Origin: an uncultured Spirochaetota bacterium
GTDB lineage: Bacteria; Spirochaetota; Spirochaetia; SZUA-6; Fen-1364
Assembly (NCBI GenBank): GCA_963845535.1
Contig: CAWJSK010000018.1
Span: forward strand, 96,001 to 160,000
Length of the DNA stretch: 64,000 nucleotides
Reading direction: 5' to 3'
The notes below the pieces were generated by a model. That model saw nothing but the letters and a program-made list of their open reading frames with translations. It searched no databases and had not been told where the DNA came from. Below are positions 48,603-57,900 of the stretch, one piece after another (the first letter of the stretch is position 1; every line of letters begins with the position of its first letter). The position numbers were made by a program, and so were the translations under genes.

Positions 48603-51428
48603 TCATGCCCGCTCCCGACGAGATTTGGGCCTGTCCAGGACGGCCCGTACCTTGCCGAGCAGGGCGGTGCCATCAAGGGGCTTCTGGATGAACTCCACTC
48701 CCGGGTCGAGGACCCCGTTATGCACGATGGCGTCTTCGGTGTAGCCGGAAATGAACAGCACTCCGACGGACGGGCACTGTTTGCTCACCCTGCGCGCCAC
48801 TTCGCTGCCGTCCATACCGGGCATGACCACGTCCGTCACGAGGAGGTCCACCGGCTGTCGTGATGCGCCGAGTTTCTCCAGGGCCTCCTCTCCGTTGCCT
48901 GCCGGGATGACCGAATATCCCCCCGACTCAAGGATGGCCGCCGTGAGCCGGCGGACGGCTTCATCATCCTCCACGAGCATGATCAGCTCGGTCCCGCGGA
49001 CGGGCTTCGGTGCCGTCTCCCGTGCGGACCGCAGGCTCAGCGGCTCTCCGCTCGCGCGGGGGAGGTAGATCTTGAACGTCGTGCCTTTGCCGACCTCGCT
49101 GTAGCAGAACACGTATCCTTCGCTCTGTTTGACGATGCCGTACACGGTGGAAAGGCCCAGGCCCGTCCCTTTGCCGATTTCCTTTGTCGTGAAGAACGGC
49201 TCGAACAGGCGGCTCTGCACCTCCGGAGCCATCCCGGACCCGGTGTCGCTGACGGCCAGAAGGACGTAGTCCCCCTTTCTCACGGCGATGTGCTCGCTCG
49301 AATAGTCCTCATTGAGGATGACGTTGGAGGTTTCGATGGACAGAACCCCGCCTTCCGGCATGGCATCCCGCGCGTTCACGCACAGGTTCATCACGACCTG
49401 CTCGATCCTCCCCTGGTCCGCAAGGATGCTCCACACGTCCTCCGGGCGGTGGACGTGGACGTCCACGTCCTCTCCGAGCAGGCGCTTGAGCATCTCCTCC
49501 ATCCCGGCGACCAGCTCGCCGAGGTTCAGCACGCGGGGCTGGAGTATCTGCTTGCGGCTGAAGGCCAGGAGCTGCGACGTCAGGGTGGCCGCGCGACGCG
49601 TTGCGCGCTTGATCTCATGCAGGTCGTTCTGGAGGTCCGCTCCGATTGCCGTTCGTCCCAGGGCCATTTCCGAGAAACCGTTGATCACGGTGAGGAGGTT
49701 GTTGAAATCATGGGCAATTCCCCCCGCGAGCCTCCCCACCGCCTCCATTTTCTGCGACTGTTGAAGCTGCTCCTGGAGCTTCTTCTGTTCCTGCTCGGCG
49801 CGAAAGCGCTCGGTGACGTCCTCCACGAAGCCCTCCAGCTCGGTGCCCCGGTTGTTTGAGCTGCCATAGGTCCGAATGCTGAGTTTGGCGTTGCCTGCCT
49901 GGCCGTCCTTGCGACGGTAACGGTCCGTGAACTGGACCCAGCCGCCCCTGGCGGCGGCAACCTCCTGGATGACGCGGGCCCGCGTCTCACGGTTTTCGTA
50001 GATGACATCCGCGAGGCTGGTCCTGTTCACAGTCTCGATCAGCTCCTCGGGGGACGCGTACCCGAAGATCCTGGCCACCGCCGGATTTGCCCGCAGGAGC
50101 TTCCCGTCAATGGTGGAGTGGAAGACCCCGAAGGGGGCGTTGGTGAACATGTTGCGGAAATGCTCCTCACTCTGCTCGAGGGCCTCCTCCACGCATCTGC
50201 GCTCCGTGATGTCGCGCGACACGCCGAACGTCCCGATGACGTTGCCGACGCCGTCCCGTAGCGGCATCTTGGTTGTGGACATCCACGTGTCAGGCTGTCC
50301 GGGCCGGGTCACTTTTTCCACCGTGTCGATGACGGGTTTCCCCGTGCGGATGATGTGCTGCTCGTCTGCGTACGCTTTCAGCGCGTGCTCTCGGGAGAAG
50401 AAATCGAAGTCCGTCCTGCCGAGAAGCTCCTGCGGGCTGCTGCGCCCCAGGAGCTCTGCGTGCGCCTTGTTATTCAGGACGAAACGGCTCTGGAGGTCCT
50501 TGAAATAGATGTAGTCCGGGATGTTCTCCATCAGCGTGACGAGCAGCGTCCGCTCCTCTTCGAGGCGCTGCTTGAGCAGCGTGCTTTCCGTGATGTCCAG
50601 CATGGTGCCGAAGGTGCCGACGAGGCTTCCTGACTCATCCATCTGCGGAACGGCCGTCACCTGGAGGCGCCGCTGCTCCCCGTCCGCCCTGCATATGCTG
50701 ATTTCATATGAGTCTCTTTTCCCCTCCCTGCGTCGCGACGTCTGTGCCCGCACCGCGGCATATTCTTCATTGCTCATGAACTCTTTCAGGTTTCGGCCCA
50801 CGAGCCCGTCCTTCTGCACGCCGAAGGTCTTTTCCGCGGCCGGGTTGGCGAACGTGATTCCTTCCGAGAGGTCAGCCATGAGGATCCCCGTCTCGAGGTC
50901 CTGGACGAGGGAGCGGTACCGCTCCTCGCTTTCCGCAAGCGCCCGCGCGGCCGCGCGCTCCGTGGTCTGGTCCCGAAACACGAGCACGACGCCCTTGAGG
51001 GAGCGGTCGGAGCCGCGGATGGGGGCGCCGCTGTCCGCTATGGGGCGTTCAGTTCCGTCCCGCGCAATGAGGAGCGTATGGTTGGCCAGGCCCACCACAA
51101 CGCCCTCCGTCAGGACGCGGCGCACGGGATTCTCCATGGGGGCCCGGGTCTCCTCGTTGACGATCTGGAACACCTCGGAGAGATTTCGCCCTCTGGCTTC
51201 CGTCTCTTTCCACTTCGTGAGTCTTTCCGCCGTGGGGTTCATCTGCCTCACGACGCCGAGTGAATCCGTAGAGATCACGGCGTCTCCGATACTGTACAGG
51301 GTGGTGCGCAGCTCTTCTTCCCGATCAGGCCGGGAGGAGCTGTGGAATGACCGTCGAAGGATCAAGCCCAGCAAGATGGTTGTGCCGGCGAGGAGAACCA
51401 GGATGATCATGGTGCCAGGATCCGGCAT
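48603..51428 (-). CDS. Hybrid histidine kinase TM-4xPAS-HisKA-HATPase-REC (CckA-like)
   Basis: AGGIAHDFNNLL, NARDAMP, FEPFFTTK, GTGLGL and TDVVMPGMDG motifs. Confidence 0.95.
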   Translation of the reverse strand: MPDPGTMIILVLLAGTTILLGLILRRSFHSSSRPDREEELRTTLYSIGDAVISTDSLGVVRQMNPTAERLTKWKETEARGRNLSEVFQIVNEETRAPMENPVRRVLTEGVVVGLANHTLLIARDGTERPIADSGAPIRGSDRSLKGVVLVFRDQTTERAAARALAESEERYRSLVQDLETGILMADLSEGITFANPAAEKTFGVQKDGLVGRNLKEFMSNEEYAAVRAQTSRRREGKRDSYEISICRADGEQRRLQVTAVPQMDESGSLVGTFGTMLDITESTLLKQRLEEERTLLVTLMENIPDYIYFKDLQSRFVLNNKAHAELLGRSSPQELLGRTDFDFFSREHALKAYADEQHIIRTGKPVIDTVEKVTRPGQPDTWMSTTKMPLRDGVGNVIGTFGVSRDITERRCVEEALEQSEEHFRNMFTNAPFGVFHSTIDGKLLRANPAVARIFGYASPEELIETVNRTSLADVIYENRETRARVIQEVAAARGGWVQFTDRYRRKDGQAGNAKLSIRTYGSSNNRGTELEGFVEDVTERFRAEQEQKKLQEQLQQSQKMEAVGRLAGGIAHDFNNLLTVINGFSEMALGRTAIGADLQNDLHEIKRATRRAATLTSQLLAFSRKQILQPRVLNLGELVAGMEEMLKRLLGEDVDVHVHRPEDVWSILADQGRIEQVVMNLCVNARDAMPEGGVLSIETSNVILNEDYSSEHIAVRKGDYVLLAVSDTGSGMAPEVQSRLFEPFFTTKEIGKGTGLGLSTVYGIVKQSEGYVFCYSEVGKGTTFKIYLPRASGEPLSLRSARETAPKPVRGTELIMLVEDDEAVRRLTAAILESGGYSVIPAGNGEEALEKLGASRQPVDLLVTDVVMPGMDGSEVARRVSKQCPSVGVLFISGYTEDAIVHNGVLDPGVEFIQKPLDGTALLGKVRAVLDRPKSRRERA

Positions 51429-51538
51429 GAGCGCTCACCTCCGAGAAAAGTGCCCTTGATGAAAGCGCGTACTCTGTGAAATCTTACTCCCCGGGTCAGC
51501 TCTTTTTCAATAGATTCGAGTGAAAGAAGGACGCCAGA

Positions 51539-52672
51539 ATGCAACCTCCGTGGACCAGGAAGATCGATTTCAGTGAAAAGCCCATCTTCGTGTGTTGGGA
51601 AACCACAAAGTCCTGCCTCCTCTCCTGCCGGCACTGCAGGGCCACGGCAATCCGAAGCGGCCTTCCCGGAGAGCTTGATGCGGCAACGGGGCTGCGGCTG
51701 ATCGACCAGATCGTGGAGTTTTCCCAGCCGTACCCGGCGCTCCTGTTCACGGGAGGGGATCCCCTCATGCGCCCCGACGTGTTCGACCTGATCCAGCACG
51801 CCGCGGAAAAAGGGATCTACACAGCGGTGGCGGCAAGCGTCACACCCCTGCTGGGAAAAGATCGGCTGGAAAAGATGAAGTCACTCGGCGTGGAAGTGAT
51901 CTCCGTGAGCCTGGACGGGGCAACCGCCTCCGTTCACGACAAGATCCGGGAGATCCCCGGCACGTGGCAAGCCACGCTTGACGCCGTCACCTCCGCCACC
52001 TCCTGCGGGCTGCGCCTCCAGGTGAACACCACCGTCATGAAAAGCAATCTCAGCCAGCTCGCCGACATCTTCCACCTCATTCGGGAGCGGGGCGCCGTTG
52101 CCTGGGAGGTGTTCTTTCTTGTCCGCACCGGCCGTGGCTCGTCTCTCGAGAATCCCGAACCGTGGGAATGCGAGGAAGTAGGGCAGTTTCTCTACGAGTG
52201 CACGCAGTATGGAATACCAGTGCGGACCTCAGAGGGACCCCATTTCAGGCGCATTTCCCTTCAGCGGCAAAAGGACCCAGGCCCTCCCCGGGGGAAACTG
52301 TACTCACAGCTTGCCCAGAGGTTGCGGGAGCTGGAAGGTGAGCCGAAGAATCCCCCGACGGTGAGGCTGAGCGGGACAGGGGACGGCAAGGGAATCATCT
52401 TTATTGGCCATGACGGAGAAGTCTACCCCAGCGGCTTCCTGCCGTTGCCGCTGGGAAACATAAAGAATGAGAGCTTGAAATCGATCTATACATCCAACCC
52501 CATGCTCATGGGGCTCCGGGACCCATCCCGGCTCAAAGGGCGCTGCGGAGCATGCGAATATGCCTCCGTATGCGGCGGATCGCGCTCCCGGGCGTACGCG
52601 GAGTCCGAGGATCCGTACCAGGAAGATCCCGCCTGCATCTATGTCCCCCAGGGCGGAGCCATGCTGGCGTAG
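51539..52672 (+). CDS. Radical SAM/SPASM protein (TIGR04053 / NirJ-AhbD-like)
   Basis: WETTKSCLLSCRHCRA (CxxxCxxC), TGGDP, SLDG, YPSGFLP, and C-terminal CGACEY..VCGGSRSRAY...DPAC. Confidence 0.88.
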   Translation: MQPPWTRKIDFSEKPIFVCWETTKSCLLSCRHCRATAIRSGLPGELDAATGLRLIDQIVEFSQPYPALLFTGGDPLMRPDVFDLIQHAAEKGIYTAVAASVTPLLGKDRLEKMKSLGVEVISVSLDGATASVHDKIREIPGTWQATLDAVTSATSCGLRLQVNTTVMKSNLSQLADIFHLIRERGAVAWEVFFLVRTGRGSSLENPEPWECEEVGQFLYECTQYGIPVRTSEGPHFRRISLQRQKDPGPPRGKLYSQLAQRLRELEGEPKNPPTVRLSGTGDGKGIIFIGHDGEVYPSGFLPLPLGNIKNESLKSIYTSNPMLMGLRDPSRLKGRCGACEYASVCGGSRSRAYAESEDPYQEDPACIYVPQGGAMLA

Positions 52673-52780
52673 GGTTTTTCCCCCTCCCCCGTAAGGGTTT
52701 TCACCGATATCCGTTCGTGTTTTCCCGCAACTAACCTCTTGGAGAAGGGAACGCAGAATGTCCGGAGGAGGGATGAAGTC

Positions 52781-54953
52781 GTGTTCAAGAATGTAAGAAT
52801 TGGCGTCCGGCTTGTCGTCGTAGGGGCTGTCCTCATCATCGTTCCGCTGGCGCTTGTGGCGTACCTGACATCAATGAGGGCCGACGCAGCGCTTGCCGCC
52901 TCCGAGCAGGAGCAATACGCCGCCCGTTCGAGGCTTCTTGCCAAGGTGGTGGATGAAGTCTTCAAGGAAGAAATGAAGATCGCCCAGAACAGGGCGGGGG
53001 ACGCGGTGATAACGGATGCGGCAGCTGCTGTTGCTGAGAAAGGGGCCGCCGCCGCGCAACCCTTGATTCAAAAGGTGACGCAGAACCTTGTTGCCTTCAG
53101 GGCGCGAGGGGACAACGCCAGTCTCTATCAGGCAGTCATCTGTACGGGATTGAACGGAGTGGTGTGGGGCGCAAGTGATCCGAAATATGTGGGCGTTTCG
53201 GTGGCTGATCGCGACTACATCAAGCAAGCGCTTGCCGGAAAGCTGAATGGCGGGACCGCCGCCCTCAACAAGGTCACCGGCAAGCCTTTTGCCGCCGTGG
53301 CAGCCCCCATTCTTCTGGGGGACAAAGTCGTTGGCGTGTATTCGCTTATCATGGATGTGGGCTTCCTTCGAGACCTTGTTTCGAATGAGAAGATCGGTGA
53401 ACGAGGTTTTGCTTTCGTGATCGACAAAGACGGGATGATCCTTGCCCATCCCAAGCCGGATCACGTCTATGCCAAGAACTTTTCCGCCGAAGAAGGCTCA
53501 GGTCCGCTTCTTTCCCGCATGCTTGCCGGGGAAAGCGGCGTCATGGTCCTGAAGTTCGAGGGCCTGGAGACAACGGCCGGGTTCGCGCCCGTTCCCAGCG
53601 CGGGGTGGAGCGTCGGAGTTGTGGAACCGCTCGCCGACTCCCTGGCTGCGGCCACCGCGTTGACGCGGCTGATCATCAACCTCAGCGCAGCCGCCGTCCT
53701 GATTGCTTTCGTGATTTTTCTTCTTTTCTCGTTCAGCGTCACACGGCCCCTGCGAAAGGCGATGTCCTTTGCCCAGGCCGTGGCGGGCGGGGACTTCACG
53801 CAACAGCTTCTCATCCACCAGCGGGATGAGGTGGGGAAGCTCGCCGACTCCCTCAACACCATGTCGGGACGGTTGAGGGACATGGTGGCCACCATCCAGG
53901 AAAGCGCGGAGCAGGTGGCGGCATCCAGCGAGCAGATCTCCGCCAGCTCCGTCTCTCTTGCCGAAGGAGCTCAGAGTCAGGCATCCACGCTGGAAGAGAC
54001 ATCCGCCTCGGTGGAGCAGCTCTCCGCCTCCGTGGACCAGGTGAGCAGCAATTCGCAGTCCCAGGCAGCGGCGGTCGAGCAGGGAGCCCGTTCCATGGCG
54101 CAGGTTCAGAAGTCCATTGACGATATCTCGCATAGCCTGACGGAGATTTCAGGGCTTGCCGTACGCTCGGTGGAGAACGCGCAGGACGGGGGCAAGGGCC
54201 GTCACGGAAGTGGTGCAGGGGATCTCGGCTATTGCGGAAAGCTCTGAGAAGATCGGCGGGATTGTGAGCGTGATTGCCGACATCGCCGACCAGACGAACC
54301 TCCTGGCGTTGAACGCGGCCATCGAGGCTGCGCGGGCCGGAGATCATGGCAGAGGGTTTGCGGTGGTCGCGGAAGAGGTAAGCAAGCTGGCGGATCGTTC
54401 CTCCTCCTCGACCAAGGAGATCGAGGCGCTGATCCGGGAAAGCGTGAAGAACGTGACCAAAGGGGTGGAGACAGCCAACACCTCGCAGGGAGCCATGGAG
54501 CAGATCCGCGGCGCGTCCCAGAAGGTGAAGGACATGATAGCCCTCCTGACGGTGTCCGTGCAACAGCAGGTTGGCGCCGTCAAGGAACTGACCGCCGCGC
54601 TTTCCAACGTGAATGAGATGAGCCAGAGCATCATGGCGGCAACGGAGCAGCAGAGCGCGAACGCGAAGCAGGTTGCCAAGGCCGTGGAGGGTGTGAACGA
54701 GCTGACGCAGTCCGCGGCGTCCTCAGCGGAGGAGATGTCATCCTCCACGGAGCAGCTTTCCACCATGGCGCAGGAGCTGCAGCGCATGACCGCACAGTTC
54801 AAGATAAGCGACAGGAAAGAAGCGGAGCCCGAACCGGATTTTGCGGGCGAGGTCGCACGTGGCGAAGTTGCAAACGGCAGGGTTGCAAACGGCAAGGTCG
54901 CAAACGGCAAGGTCGCAAACGGCAAGGGCATGCGTGACGCCGCGGTAGCCTGA
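52781..54953 (+). CDS. Methyl-accepting chemotaxis protein (dCache-HAMP-MA) with a +1 frameshift in the G5 run at 54188-54192
   Basis: Paralogue of the MCP at 36787-38877. ENAQDG joins [28 protein letters not shown] if one G is removed. GTG start follows GGAGGAGG. Confidence 0.88.
54852..54926 (+). repeat. Five tandem 15-bp units encoding (VARGE)(VANGR)(VANGK)x3
   Basis: gtcgcacgtggcgaa / gttgcaaacggcagg / gttgcaaacggcaag / gtcgcaaacggcaag / gtcgcaaacggcaag. Confidence 0.9.
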
Positions 54954-54985
54954 CGCCGCGGCACAGATTTCCCGAAGGCTTCCCT

Positions 54986-57900
54986 TCACCCGCCGCGGGA
55001 GGCCTTCCCTTGTGCGCTGCGGTCCTTGAGGAACCTCCCCAGGAATGCAGCGGTATGAGAGCCGGAGCGGACGCGGATCACCTGGTTCGGCGGTCCCTGG
55101 GCGACGATCTCACCTCCTTGGTCGCCGCCCTCGGGGCCCAGATCGATGATCCAGTCCGCTTCGGCAATCACGTCCAGGTTGTGTTCGATGATCACCACGG
55201 TGTTTCCGGCATCAACGAGCCTGTGCAGAACGCGCACCAGCTTCTCCACGTCCGCCATGTGAAGGCCGATGGTGGGCTCATCAAGGACATAGAGGGTGCG
55301 GCCGGTTGATGCCCCCCTGCGCGGGTCTCCGCTGGTCGGCGCCTTTGCCAGCTCCGTGACGAGCTTGATCCTCTGCGCTTCTCCGCCGCTCAAAGACGGG
55401 CTCTGCTGCCCGAGGGAAAGGTAGCCAAGGCCCACCTGCTGGAGCAGCTCAAGGGCGCGGCGAATGCCCGTGTGAAAGCTGAAGAATGGCACTGCCTCGT
55501 CCACGCTCATGCCGAGGATTTCCCCAACGCTTCTGCCGCGGAACTTCACGGCCAGCGTCTCCGGGTTGAACCGGGCGCCCGAGCACGCGTCGCAGGGAAC
55601 GGTGACGTCAGGCAGGAAGCTCATCTCGATCTTCTTCATGCCCTGGCCTTCGCACTCGTCGCAGCGGCCGCCGGCGACGTTGAAGGAGAAGCGGCTGGCG
55701 GTGTAGCCGCGCATGCGGGCCTCGCTGGATGCGGCGAAAAGCCGCCTGATGTCGTCCCAGATCCCGACGTACGTCGCCGGGCAGGAGCGCGGGGTCTTGC
55801 CGATGGGGGTCTGGTCAACCTCCAGGGCGCGCGCCACCGCGTCCCATCCTTCGACGGCCGCGCAGCCGTGAAGCGCCGCCTTCCCGGAAGCCCCGCGCTT
55901 TCGGACGGTTGCCAGGAGGTGATGCAGGTTGCCGTAGAGGACCTCGCGCACGAGAGTGCTTTTCCCGCTCCCGCTCACTCCCGTCACGCACACCAGGCGC
56001 TCGAGCGGGATTTCCACGTCGAGGTCCTTCAGGTTATGCAGGTTTGCTCCCCTGATCCTGATGGCGGCGCCGTCAGCGCGTGTCGCCCGGCCGCCCGTCC
56101 AGGGATGCGGCGGCGGATCCCTGAGGTATTTGCCCGTGAGCGAGGCGCTGCTTCGCGTGATGGCCGCAAGGCTGCCCTGCGCCACGAGGTAGCCGCCGGC
56201 GGCGCCGCCGCCGGGACCGAGGTCCACCACGTGCTCCGCCCGTCGGATTGTCTCCTCGTCATGCTCCACCACGACCACCGTGTTGCCCTTCAGCCGAAGG
56301 GCATGGAGGGTGTCCAGGAGGATGTCGTTGTCGCGCGCATGGAGCCCGATTGTCGGCTCATCGAGGATGTAGCAGACCCCGCGGAGGTTCGATCCGAGCT
56401 GGGACGCAAGCCTGATGCGCTGCGCCTCTCCGCCGCTCAGCGTGGGCGCCGAGCGGTCCAGGGAGAGATAGGACAGCCCCACTTTCTGGAGGAACTCCAG
56501 GCGGGAGAGCATCTCACCCACGATGTCACGGGCAATTTCCTTTTCCCGCCCGGCAAGGCGGAGGGCCTTCATTTCACGCTCCATCTCCTGGACGGGCAGG
56601 CGGGCGTAGTCCGCTATGTTCCTGTCGCGGAAGCGCACGGCGAGCGCCTCGGGCCGGAGCCTCATGCCGTTGCATGCCGGGCATGCTTTCTCAGGGCCTC
56701 CCCACCAGTCGTTCCACCATATCTCCTCGCCGGTCTGATCAGAGTCGAAGCCGGAGAGCTGAAGCCCCGTGCCGTAGCAGGAGGGGCACCAGCCGTGCTT
56801 CGAGTTGTAGGAGAAAAGCCGCGGGTCCAGCTCCTCGAAGCTCCTCCCGCATTGGGGGCAGGCCCTGCGCGTGGAAAAAACGGTTTCGTTGATGCGGACC
56901 ACGCCCTTGCCGAAGTCCAGCCCGCGCTTGAGGGATTCCCGCAGCGACCCTTCCCGCTCCGGCCGGACCGTATCTCCGCCAACGGGCAGCTCAATGGTGT
57001 GCTCGATGAAACGATCCAGGCGGGGCCATGGCACGGTTGAAAGAAGCGCGCCGTCCACACGGAGGTGCTTGAACCCTTTTGCCGCGGCCCAGGCCGCGAG
57101 ATCCGTGTAGTAGCCCTTGCGGGCCGTGACAAGGGGCGCAAAGACCCCGATGCGTTTTCCCCGGAAATCCTTGAGGATCCGGGCAAGGATGGCCTCCATG
57201 CTCTGCGGCTCGATGGGAACGTTGCAGTCGGGGCAGTACTGGGTCCCCAGCTTCACGAACAGGAGCCGCAGGTACGGGTAGATCTCCGTGAGCGTCGCGA
57301 CGGTGCTTTTCCTTCCGCCGCGGCTCGTGCGCTGCTCGATTGCCACCGTGGGAGGGACTCCGTACACTCCGTCAACGTCGGGCCGCTTCGCCGGCTGCAC
57401 GAACTGGCGGGCGTATGCGTTCAGTGATTCCAGGTACCGCCGCTGGCCTTCGGCGAAGAGGATGTCGAAAGCAATAGTGCTCTTTCCGCTGCCGCTTACC
57501 CCCGTGATGACGCTCAACTTGTCCCGAGGAATGGAGAGGTCGATGTTCTTCAGGTTGTGCTCACGCGCGTGGCGGATGACGATTGCGTTGTGGCCGTTCA
57601 TGGTCGCCGGGACCTCCGGCGTCTCCACTTTTCGTTTCGACTGGCCGCCCTGCCTTGCCTGCCGGCCTGCGGCGCGCAGCGCGGTCCCTGTGTGGCTCCC
57701 GGGGAACGCTGCGACCTCCCGGGGGGTGCCGGCACACACGACCCTTCCCCCTGATTCGCCGCCTTCCGGGCCCAGGTCGATGATCCAGTCCGCGGCCCCA
57801 ATCACGTCGATGTTGTGCTCGATCACCAGGACTGAATGGCCCGCGGCCACGAGCCGGCGGAAAGCGCCGAGGAGCACGGCAATGTCGTCGAAATGGAGCC

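Noticed and set aside
51539..52672. RiPP biosynthetic cluster around the SPASM radical SAM gene
   Set aside because: No adjacent precursor peptide, PqqD/RRE domain, protease or exporter; the motifs fit the NirJ/AhbD-like group.
52692..52710. Sigma-28 promoter upstream of the MCP (TAAG...ACCGATAT)
   Set aside because: The spacer is only 7 nt against the expected 15 or so.
13385..54192. Programmed ribosomal frameshifting or phase variation at the broken genes
   Set aside because: No shared slippery motif, the homopolymers are short (3-5 nt) and the genes are unrelated; read error is simpler.
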